Source: Pelomyxa schiedti
Lineage: Eukaryota > Protista > Evosea
Direction of reading: 5' to 3'
DNA: 64,000 nt
NCBI GenBank assembly: GCA_020536535.1
Contig: JAHLWZ010000496.1
Coordinates: 89,474-153,473 of the forward strand
The notes beneath the pieces are model-generated. The model did no database searches. It saw only the letters and a program-made list of their open reading frames with translations, and was not told where the DNA came from. This document shows, piece by piece, positions 9,817-22,200 of this stretch; within the stretch, counting starts at the first letter, position 1, and each line of letters starts with the position of its first letter. A program made the translations under genes and the position numbers.

Positions 9817-11031
9817 TCACGTTTTGTTCTTTGTTGCCACAAACTGGTAGAAAATTGTGAGAGTCTTGGGATAGCCAGGCTCTGGGTCTCCAATGCGAGA
9901 ATGAATGCCCCCACTGACATGGATGGAATTGTTGGTGACTAGGCCAGATATCTCAGCTGTTACACAGCGGTTTGGAACCATTGAACCGTATGTTGCATAG
10001 AGAATCTGATATTTACTTGGTGAGTTCCTTGTTTTTTTTTTCCACTTGTATTTAGAAGTATGTACATTGATAGTATAGCCTTCTTGTGCCACAATGTCTA
10101 CAGCCTCCAATTCACGACATGTGAAAACTTTCACAGCACCGTCATGGGGTAATGGCACCACCACATATCCAATGATAAGAAAGCCATCTGGATAAGTTGG
10201 TTGCCCCATTCGAGAGAACACTGTTCCGTCAATTGTAACTGAGTTGTTCTGTAACAGTCCTGAGAGCTCTGACGTGACATCATTGCTAAGAGCATGTGCA
10301 CGTGTGATTTTCAATGCAAATCCCTCAGGGACAGATAGCGTCACTGGATCGCCACCTGCCCAGTCTATGCAGAATGTGGGCAGGAACCTGTAGATAATTT
10401 CCAGCCTCTCCGGAACACTTGTCTCAGTGTCAGAAACGCATTTGCGAATCCCTCCCTCCACATGTAAACCGGAATCGTCGACAAGCTTACATATAGCTTC
10501 AGTCACATCCCTGTCCCCATATGTAGCCCTCACAATCTGGCAGAACAATTTTTAAAAACAAACGAAATATTGTAAATGGCACATAATATTAGGCATAACA
10601 AAAAAAAAAAAAAAAAGGGTTGAATCCCAAAGGATACTACAAGACCCACACACGTGCAACCAGCGACGGTAGCCTGCAGCGAGGTGCACGGGCTGGGAGC
10701 CGTCGCACTCGAGGCGGGCCTCGTCGACCATGGCGGCCATGTCGCCGCAGGGCGGGCTCGGGGGGCGCACCGGCGTGGTGCCGCTGGGGCTGGGGACCGT
10801 GGGGCAGGGGCAGGGGCAGGGATAGTAGTCCACCGCCACCCTCGGTTCGATTCTGGGTTCGGTCGGTGTTGGTGTCGGCTGTGGTGATGGTGCTGGGTCA
10901 GTGGTTGGTGATGGTGTTGTTGGTTGTTGTTCCTGCTCTGTTGGTTTTGGTTCTGGGCCTGGCCGTGGTGTGGTGGCTGTCGTAGTTGTAGGGGGTTGCT
11001 GTGACTTGGGAGAGGAGTGGCTCGACCCCAT
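9817..11031 (-). CDS. Putatively N-myristoylated protein with Pro/Thr-rich N-terminus and three tandem DUF3395-like (A-x-YG...DVT...GDP-x-PG-x-x-K-x-L-x-I-x-Y) domains
   Basis: Starts MGSSHS (G2/S6 myristoylation consensus); after intron ~10652-10532 reads IVRATYGDRDVTEAICKLV, KITRAHALSNDVTSELSGLL, ILYATYG...CVTAEISGLV...IGDPEPGYPKTLTIFY. Confidence 0.65.
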
Positions 11032-11356
11032 CCGTTGTTTCTATGGGCAGTTTTAAACCAAGGCTCGGTGTACCTTTATGAGAGAATCAACCAACCATCT
11101 TCGTGCTCTTTGCTTTGGGAAGGAGGGAGAAAAGGTTGAGGTAGAGGAGGTGCCTCTGCCCCAGATTCTGTGAGCCAGAAGATTTGCACTACGAGTCTCA
11201 ATCTGTTCGCTGGCTGAAGGCTTCTCTCGGTGTTCATTGAAGCGATGCGGAAAAAAAGGGAATCAACAAAAAATTACGCCTCATTCGAGGATAAAAGAAA
11301 GGAAATTTTTTTTGTTCAGGAGTAATAAAAAAAAATAGAAAGCGACATAGTCACGA

Positions 11357-12936
<1,580 letters not shown>

Positions 12937-13083
12937 TTGGTTTTCCTACCCCCAGATTTCTGGAGTGGCACACACCACTAAATCGACCTGAGAGACCGTT
13001 GTAAATTTTTTTTGGAACAAATAAAAGATTATTATTAATTCGGCACATTCATGTTGTTTGCTTTGGTTTTGGAGGAACAATTA

Positions 13084-14348
13084 TCAAATGGAACCAATAG
13101 GAATATAAGCAGTGAAGGTGCTACCCCCAAGTGGAGTGCCCATGTCAGATGACAGTAGCCTTGTTCCGGCTACAATGGAATAGGCCTCCACAAACCTTAA
13201 TAATGTGAATGATCAAGCCTTAGAAAAATTCATCACACATTTGGGAGCCCTTTCCTTTGAGAAGGGTGAAAGATTGTGTATCAGGATCCCACCAAGGTAG
13301 AGAAACAACAGAATAGTCAATCTAGTACCAAGTATTTAGTCTTTCGTACGAGGGAAGAATGGTACTGGGAAGGGGTCTTCTATTTGAATGAATACTCCTT
13401 GTAGGTAATCCCACCAAACAATACTCTCACACCCAACTTCTCCCGGGTAGAACCAGATAGTGAGGTTGAAAGTCTGTGCAGATTGTAGGCAACAGAAAGA
13501 AAAGGAAACACACACCAGGAGTCTTCCCGGGTAGCCGGGAACAATCAGAGGAAGTTCGTAGACCCAGTCACTGTATGGTGAATAGTTTCCCGGGTACTCC
13601 AAAATGGCACAGTTCACAAGGTCATACACATTTGTTAGGTATGTCATTTCGATCAGCTCATGGTTTGAAGAATCATATGCACGGTAGAGTGCGTTGCTGT
13701 GAAATTGGCTAAGCGGTATGTATGATATTGAAGCAATTTACAAGTTCGTGTCACAGCAAGTGGCATCAATCAAATTTGTCATTTCACCGGTATTCTGGTC
13801 AAGCAACCAGATATAATTCTTCCACTGTGCTCTCCAGAAGACAGTCAGAACCAACTTGTGCCAGACACTATCACAACTCACAGTGAAATATTCCGGTGTT
13901 GTTTGTGTTGTGAAGTTTGCTCTAGTACATGTTAGAGTGCATAAAGCAGAATCCAAGATTGTTACAGCTTTGTTGCTTCACCAGACGTCGCATTGACTTG
14001 CATAGTATAAAACCATATTGGAGATGTTTTATCATAAGCGAATATCCCATACGCCAGGCCAAGGTTCACATCTGCACAGCCACCCCAATAGTACAATCCT
14101 GGGCCATAATCATATCTTGAAAAAAGGTAACACGCAAAGTGAGAATAAGCACTATTACAAAAAAGCGGAATAACTTACATGATTTTGTAAACAGGAGGGT
14201 CGACGAAGTAATCCAACCAGATCACCTTCTGAGTGCTATTTATAGTTGCATCCATCAGCACCCTGCTGCCCCTCGTCGTCGCATTCGTGCTCCCAATCCA
14301 CACCCCCACGAGCGCCGCGAAAACCGCTACCAACCCCCACCCCTTCAT
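13084..14348 (-). CDS. Hypothetical secreted protein (signal peptide MKGWGLVAVFAALVGVWIGSTNA)
   Basis: Hydrophobic N-terminus followed by several short-intron-separated exons rich in aromatic/Cys/Gly residues (YYWGGCADVNLGLAYGIFAYD; YPGNYSPYSDWVYELP). No family recognised. Confidence 0.6.
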
Positions 14349-14448
14349 CCTTGAAACGGCGTTTAAGGAGAGAGATCTTGTGATTTGTCTGATTTGTTGT
14401 TGTTTTGGAGTTTCTCCCACCAATTTAGGGTAGGGTCGAATTTCGGGG

Positions 14449-15997
14449 TCAACTGGAGGATGTGGGTGTTGTTGCGGTTGTTGTTGGCGGTGGTTTTGGT
14501 GAATCTGCGCAGGTCGCATTTGGGCATGGGAAACACAGTCCCAGCAGTTTGTTGGTAATAACTTCTGCGATGTGTTCCATATCCTCATGCTCATTTACGG
14601 GCGCCAGGCCACTGGCACAGTCATTGATTTCTAGTATAACTGTGGTTTCATTAGGTAATTCCCTGGATGGATTGGAGTGTGTTTAGAATGGGCACACATA
14701 CACTCTTTTCCATCTGGTGTTCTGATGGCGTCCACTGTAAGTATATCCATTCCACCGAATAGTTTTCCGCACTCCTCTGCCCACAGCCGGTATTGGTCCG
14801 TGACTGGAATTTCTTCTAATATTGAGGAGCCAACATTTCCTGGGCAAGGAATTAACTGGATGGATTAGAGGAATGTAAGAAAACCTTTCCAGTTGGGATT
14901 GATTCTCTTGTAGACACGCAAGTGGGTACCGATTTTTTGTATTCTCAAATCATACAGACGACCTTCAATGAATGGTTCTGCAGTTACATAGTCTTTGTGG
15001 AGTTCTAGACAACCACGAAAATCTGTCAAGTCTAAAATAGAGGATTTAAAAGAAGATATATAAAAAAAAAGGAAGTATTACCTGACTGCGAAGTGAACTT
15101 CATTTTGCCATACCCTGCTTGTGCGTATCCAACTTTGACTACCTGCATTACTGTTAACTTCGAGGGGCATAAGAGGTCTGTGGTACCAAGGGCAACTCGG
15201 GTGTAAACATCATTCCTATTAGGTATATTAATAAAGGGCCTAGGAATGACAAACAAACCTACCGCGGGGATGGGAGTAGTACGACTGAGGTATGAGAGGA
15301 AATACTTTGGCACCTAATCTATCTCGTATTTTGGCAAGTTCTGCATAAACAAGGGGCCGTTCAAGGGCTCGATAGACACTTTCCAACGAATTTACAGCCG
15401 GAATATTACTGTACATGAGACCTGGAACAAATTATACAGTGGTGTTTGAGAATGTGCCTCACCAAAGAGGGCATTCGAGTAATCTTCATCATCACGCAGT
15501 CCACGAACGAGTTTCCTTACCAACACCATGTCAGGGATGAATTGTGAACCACCACCTGTAGCGGATCGTATCTATTTGGAGAAAAGATTCCTAAAATTAG
15601 AGTGCATTTGCGGAACCAAGAAAGCTGAACCTTACATTAACAACTGGATTAGAGCCCGAGTCACAAGTTACTGTCATATTTTCCCACAGGCAAGTGACAA
15701 TCAAATATCCTGGCGGTGGGAAAAAAAAAAAAAGTGCATGCATTAAGTATGGAATGTAATTAAAACTGAACATATAAACCCACTTCGGCCATCAGGCGTC
15801 CTCTTGTTTAGAAAAATTTCCTTCCAGTTGTGTTTGTCAGAATCAATCACCAGCAGGTTGAATGGCAACCTGTCATCCTCCTGACAATACCATCAATTTC
15901 TCACAAACAAAACTAAAGGGAAAAAAAGGCCAACAGGAGGAGTAGTTGGGGTCGATGTCGTGGCGGCAACGGCTTTACGACCAAACAACGAAAACAT
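14449..15997 (-). CDS. Synapsin-like ATP-grasp protein
   Basis: Spliced exons read NLLVIDSDKHNWKEIF, FIPDMVLVRK, YSNIPAVNSLESVY..LERPLVYAEL.KIRDRLG.KVFPLIPQ, VVKVGYAQAGYGKMK, YVTAEPFI...YDLRIQKIG..LRVYKR..PNWKGNVGSSILEEI....YRLWAEECGKLFGGMDILTVDAI, colinear with the synapsin C domain (NSL.SVY, VVKMGHAHSGMGK, AEPFID.KYD.RVQKIG, NWKTNTGS). Confidence 0.85.
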
Positions 15998-16086
15998 CCA
16001 AGTTTCGAAAAGCGAAAAAAAAAAAAAAACCTCCCAGGTGATGTGATGAGGTTTGTGAGAATGTGGGTGACGTTGCGAAACCCATA

Positions 16087-18311
16087 ATGCGCCTCCCGTA
16101 CCTTCGCATGGTGTGCGGTGTTCAGTCCAGGTGTTCAGCGTTTGTGGTGCTGGGTGTGCTCATGGTGGCGGTTGCCATTCTGGGAGGCGCGGAGTGCAGC
16201 TACACTGTGGATTGCCAGAGGGACATCAACCAAGGCCGATCTGGTGGGGGCGCCGGTGCCGTGTTCGACGTGATCGACACTATTTCTGTGAGGAGGGGCA
16301 ACGAAATTTCTGTGAGTATTCAGGGAGACCTCGTGCAGAACACTGCTTCCATGGCTTTGGTGTGGGCTCTTTTTTTGTTTTACATAAATATTCCAAGGTG
16401 TATAATTAGCACTTGGTTTATCTAACTTCCTTGATACTTTAGTACTCATATGATGATGGGGCAAAGCTGAGTCTGGTTGGAGTCAAGGCTACTAGATCGA
16501 GTTCAGGTGTTATTATCTCTGGAACTATTCCTGTTTCGGCTCCAGTTGGATCCTATTATCCTGTTATAAATAGCGTATGGGGCTTTTCTACTGCTTAGGT
16601 ATTCCCTTTAACGTCATCAAGGTGAACATCCAATGCAACTTCTTTGTTTCTTTCAATCCTTGGCATAGCAGTGATGATGCGTACTGTTCGTCTGATGCTT
16701 ACAGAGCTGCTCACATGCAATCTACCACTGGACTAGTTTTCCTTGACAGTGTCCGCATTGATTATGCTCTGACTTGGTCGTACGACCAGTTTGACTGGAG
16801 TATATTGAGATCTTTACAGCACTATCTGCCTTACCTCGATTCCAAGTCAAGAGCAAACCCTGCGCTTGTTGCAAGATTTTTGCACTCTCTTACTCAAGGG
16901 ACCATTCTAATAGGCAGTTGGGATTCATTTGTTGGAGGCATCAATCCACTGTGAGTACATCTTTGTTTTCTCCCTCTTACTCCATCAGATATTGGAGATC
17001 ATCTACTGAGATTTTACAGCGACATGTTACATGGGGATTTGCACCAGTTCGATACGCTCAGTGCTGGGTATTTGCGGCAGTCCTCACCTCCCTTCTCCGT
17101 GGAATGGGTATTGTTACAAGACAAGTTATGTGTCAGCCTTGCGCTCACAATGTTGCCGAGTCAGTTGCGTCATTCCTTTATTAAAACAAACCGCCAACTA
17201 CCAGACTAACATATTATTACAGACTGTCACTGAAATGTTCTTTGATAGCCATGGAACCAACTGTTGTTGCAAAGATTTCTGGTGGAACTTCATAATTGGT
17301 GTGAATGTTGGCTCAGACGTAGAGATTGGTCTGGTGTACATTCCGCTTCCCAATTTCAAGCCATTGATGGAACGTTGTGTCCCCATCTCTAAATAGCGTC
17401 CTCTAAACAATACTGCCAGTTATGCAGTTGGCCCGGCTCCCCGCACAGCAATAGATGCTCAAACATATGGAAACTTTGACGTGCAATTCTTTCTGTCTGA
17501 AGTGAAGTCGTCTGTCACCTATTACCACCCAAAGAGTGGCGTGCAGATGTATGAACTGGATCCAATCATAGAGGACAAAACACCCCGTGTATGGATAATG
17601 TCTGTAAGTCCACACCCCCATCCTTCTCTTTTTTTTTTTTAGAAATTACATACCCACACATACACACACAAAAAAAAAAAACAAAAGATAGGCAGCACTC
17701 CCACAAGTACAGCGTTTGAAATCACGGGCGATTATAGATCTGGCCGCTCAGTACTCAATTCGCCCTCTACGTTTGGCGTCAGCGTGGCACAGATAAAGAC
17801 GACCTCCTCAAACACATTTGGCTACGAGATCACGGCCTCGCGCGACGTTTCATTGTCGGTCCTGGCTTCTGTTTCCCTTGGCGACCCAAATGTTCCCTGT
17901 CGCGAGTCCAACCTGGAATCGTGCGTTTGCCCGCCCCTTTCTCTTCACTTCCTTTCCTCCCCCCCTTAATTATGGGTTGGGGTGACCTGGCCCGACTCGA
18001 CTCCAGAACTAATACACTATCGCACCAGGGACACATTCAAGGCCAAGTTTGACGCCGGGGAATCACGGGTGTACACGCTGAAGTTCGGGTCTGTGAGCCA
18101 GGACACGGCGTACTATGTGTACTACAGGGTGTTCCTTCGCGACACGGGCACGGAGCAGGCCGCGCTGTGGCAGAGGAAGGCGACGCCACTGTCGCTCGTG
18201 ACCACGGCGCTGCGCGTGCGCACCGAGATGGCGGAGTCCACGGACCAGGCGTTCCAGGACACCACCACGCCCCTGTGCAGCAGTTCCACCAGCTTCAACG
18301 GCAGAGTGTGA
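16087..18311 (+). CDS. Secreted transglutaminase (factor XIIIa/TGM-like), with a 1-nt frameshift at the catalytic His in this assembly
   Basis: Signal/anchor at N-terminus; FNPW...D, VRYAQCWVFAAVLTSLLR (catalytic Cys), WNF then shifted frame HNWCECWLRR...FQAIDGT, GPAP..AI, FDVQFFLSEVK. Confidence 0.85.
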
Positions 18312-18494
18312 AAGGAATAAAGGAGTCTCATCTGTTATCCTGAGGTTCTTTTTTTATGACTAGAGTGAGAGCTCCACATCGCCCATGTGCAATCAATCAC
18401 TTGGGCAACCTTGGCACTTGTGTCTATGTTCGGAAAAACCTCCGGGAAGAGGCGGTTGGAAACCGAAGCGAAAAAACCAAGAAACTAAAACAAA

Positions 18495-21400
18495 ATGGCG
18501 GCCTTCACGACAACGAGTGCAGCGGCTACCCCGACGCGTGTAGTTGTCGTACTTGGTCCTCCGGGATCTGGTAAAGGCACCCAATGTAAAAAACTACAGG
18601 CAAAATTGGGGTATTTTTCAATTTTCGTGCTCCCCGTTACACACCCGTTTTTTTTTTCCCCCTTGGCACTCATTGTGTGAAGTCTCGTTCACGTCTCGAC
18701 TGGGGACATATTTCGTGACGCCGTGATGAAAAATACCCCTCTGGGGCGAAAAGTTGCTCCATATGTCAACCGTTCCGACTTTGTACCAGACAACTTGGTG
18801 GTGGAGTTAATTCGGGACAGGATCGCCCGGCACGACTGCGTGACAAGAGGTGTGCTTTTGGACGGGTTTCCCAGAACCCTGCACCAGACCCAGGAACTGC
18901 TATCTCACGTCAATGTGGAGAGAGCCGTTGTCATCCAGGTCGACGACGATCAGTGCATAAAGAATATGCTGGGGAGAAAGATTGACGTGGAGACTGGTGA
19001 TATTTACCACACCGAGTTCTTTCCGCCTCCGAATGCTATTCACGCATCGAGGCTTGTCCAGCGCCGCTATGATATCGACGAAGAGTCTGCGAGGCTAAGG
19101 CTGCGGGCGTTCCATGCTCAGTTGGGTTTGATTGTACCTTGCTTTGCTGGCAAGGTGCAGGCTATCAACGGGCAAAGAAAGATGGGCGTTGTTTTCAAAG
19201 ATTTTCTCAAAATGCTGAATACACCTTTGTCACCTCTTTCAGAGCCGGCGGCGGCCCCTCCACGCACTTCGAGGAAAAAAAAGGCAAAGGCACCTCCTAA
19301 AGGAAAGTGTGCGGTATGTCTCACTGAAGACGCGGACTTCTTGGTGGTTCCATGTGGCCACCAGTGTGGATGCAAGGGATGCCTAACGGCAATAAATGAG
19401 AGCACCGCTCAGTGTCCGATATGCAGGTCACACATATCCGGGCTCATTCAAGTTTACAGCTGTGGAGTTATAGAAGAAGAACCCGAGGTATTCTTTCTCT
19501 CCAATTCTGACAGTCAGTAACAGTGATTCCTCTTACAGGGTCTCAACATGGAAGATGTTGACATGTCGTTTAGACCTATCACAACCGCAACCGCAACAAC
19601 AACTACAGCTTCTGCGGGGAATCGGCTTTCCGCTGACCAGGCAGCTGATGGGTGGGGGGACGAAGTTAGTGAAACGGCTCATGAAGAAGTTCTACCTGAA
19701 GACTTAGTCGAACTCCAAGTTTCACCTTGCATAACCCCTGTGCTAAATCAGCCAACGCCCGTGGCGGTTACAGTACGCATACCTGATCTTCTTACTAGAA
19801 CACCTGTAGATATCTGCTGCTGTGTTGATGTTAGTGGATCAATGGGGACTGAGGTAACATACCGTGATGATAATGGCAATGTTATACAAAACGATGGCCT
19901 CACTGTTCTGGATATCGTAAAACACACAGTATCTACTGTAATCCACCTTTTGGGTGATGATGACCGTCTCGGCATCGTAGTTTTTGATGATAACGCCTCG
20001 ACGGTACTTCCTCTCACTCAGTTGGATGCTCCTGGACGTGCTAAAGCCATGGATGCAGCTTCAAAACTAGTTCCCTTAGAGAATACTAATATGTGGGCTG
20101 GCATGCTTGAAGGGATGGAGGTGTTACGCACTCCTCCAGGAACAACTACTTCCACCTCTGCCAGGAAAAAGTTTCTTTTGGTTCTAACAGACGGACAACC
20201 AAATATTATTCCACCGAAAGGTCACATACCCGAACTGAGAGCCTATATGGAAAAGCATCCAGACTTCAAATTCCAGATAAATACCTTTGGTGTTGGCTAC
20301 GAACTGGATAGCGAGCTACTTGTGAGTGTTGCATCTGAAGGAGGCGGCACTTTTGCTTTTATCCCCGATGCAAAACTGATAGGAACTTGTATTGTTAACT
20401 GTGTAGCTAATGCTGTAACTACCACAACTCAACAAGCGTCATTGCATTTGATGCTGAAGGGTGGTGCCACCTTCGCAGGACCTGTTTTAGGAGGTACTTC
20501 TGTGAAAGAAGTGACGTGGGGACGTGTAGTTTCTGTTGGTGCACTGCATCTTGGCCAAGTTCTTGATGTTGTTGTACCTGTAACAATACCAGCAAAGAAA
20601 GGCGACTATCTTGAGGCTGTGCTAGTGTGGGCGAACTCCAAGGGAAAGGAAGTTCGTGTTAGCGCTGTAGGAAACAGCCGTAATATCACCGACCAGTCTG
20701 TCAATGCCAACACCCGCTGCAACGTTATTGACAAGGTTTCTCAAATCATTAAAGCAGGCTGTGGCCGAACAGGGAAGAGTGACATGGAAAATCTTCGAAT
20801 TGATACTGATGCTACGAGACAAAATCATTCTTGCGATCTTCTCGAAGCCTTGTATGCGGATGTAAATGGAAGAATGAGCAAAGCTGTAAATCAGAAAGCC
20901 AGGTATGACAGATGGGGTCGGCACTATTTGAGAGCACTTGTTCGCGCTCATCAGGTCCAAGTATGCACTAATATGCTTGATCCAGGACTCCAACTCTATG
21001 GGGGCAGCCTTTTCAAGCAAAATTCCGAAGCCGGTGGAAAAATATTTATCACTCTTCCCCCACCAGTCCATGGAGGCGCAACCCAAACCACAACACAGGC
21101 CACAACGAAGAAGAAGAGAAAGAACAAGAAGTCAAACACAACTGCCACAACTGCCACCTCAGCTTCCGCACCTCCTCCAAAGGCGCCAACTCCTCCACGT
21201 GAGCCCACTCCACCAGTCATGGAAACATACTATGGTGGAGGTGGTGGTGGCTGTTTTGCTGGAGACTGCACTGTACATGTACATAATGTTGGCGAAACTC
21301 GCATTGATCAACTGCGGAAGGGAGATATCGTTCTCACAAGCGGATCCAAACTGGCTACAGTTATTTGTATTATATCACTCAAACGCACCGGGCCTCTTGT

Positions 21401-21812
21401 TATGTTCCCCGGTGGTCTTAAGATTACTCCTCACCATCCCGCTCTTCTTCACGGCTCTTGGCGCAAGCCTAGCTCTATGGTGGGGAGCCCTGGTGTAAGC
21501 GAAGTCGAAAACCCCAGTGGTGTAGTCTACAACCTTGTGTTGGATTCTGCACATGTACTTGTAGTCAACGGCATCGCATGTGTCACCTGGGGTCACAATC
21601 TCAAAGGGAACTCTGAAGAGGAATCCCGCGTTCTGTATCACAGCTTCTACGGAACAGAAAAAGTTGTGGAGGCACTCAAAATATTGTCTAGCTGGGAGAG
21701 TGGTTTCCTACAAGTAGAACCTATACGGCACAATTCCAGTGGTCACACCATTGGTTTTTCTATGGTAAAACTTTCTTGTCCACCATCACCTATATCTCAC
21801 CTTCGAATTTAA
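18495..21812 (+). CDS. Adenylate kinase - RING finger - vWA - Vwaint/Vint (Hint) fusion protein
   Basis: AK: GPPGSGKGT, HVSTGDIFR (after intron 18611-18682), LDGFPRT, LID GRKIDVETGDIYH. RING: CAVC...PCGHQCGCKGC...CPICR. Intron 19488-19538 (GTATTC...TTACAG, phase 0) joins EEEPE in frame to GLNMEDV... vWA: VDVSGSM, LTDGQPN, TFGVG. Hint: GGG|CFAGDC, ITPHHP, VYNLVLD, CVTWGH. Confidence 0.85.
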
Positions 21813-22200
21813 GGTAACCTCCTGGCTCTCCGGTTGAACGAACAATGGGTTGAACAATGTGGTACCTATGGCAACCTGTTTACTGTGAGTGTTTAAAAGA
21901 AAGAAAAAAAAAGCCGAAAATTTACAAGCATTAAACCCTTAGAACGATCAGATCTAAAGATCCAAAAAACACTTTAAAAGATAGCAATTAATTCGGCGAT
22001 CACAACAAGGTTGGTGGTGCTCATTATTACACGTGAACCACGACGGCAAACACGGCAAACAACACAAACAAATCGTACACAACCACTCTTCGGGAGATCT
22101 TTTTTGTGTTGTGCTGTTTGATTTCCGTGTTGGCATGAAGCAAACAACAAAAAACAAACAAACAGGAACTGCCAGTTAGGCAGTAGACTGGAGACGCAAA

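Noticed and set aside
10629-10637. U12-type donor GTATCCTTT (minus strand) in the DUF3395-like gene
   Set aside because: Out of phase with the only acceptor; the GTGTGT donor just upstream gives WLH-IVRATYG. The octamer also occurs several times antisense, consistent with chance.
10844-10853. GGTTCGATTC resembling a tRNA T-loop
   Set aside because: Lies in Pro/Thr-rich coding sequence; no cloverleaf stems.
21252-21812. Hint domain as an intein or a hedgehog gene
   Set aside because: No C-terminal His-Asn/nucleophile with a C-extein, no homing endonuclease and no Hedge domain; the context is vWA-Vwaint-Vint.
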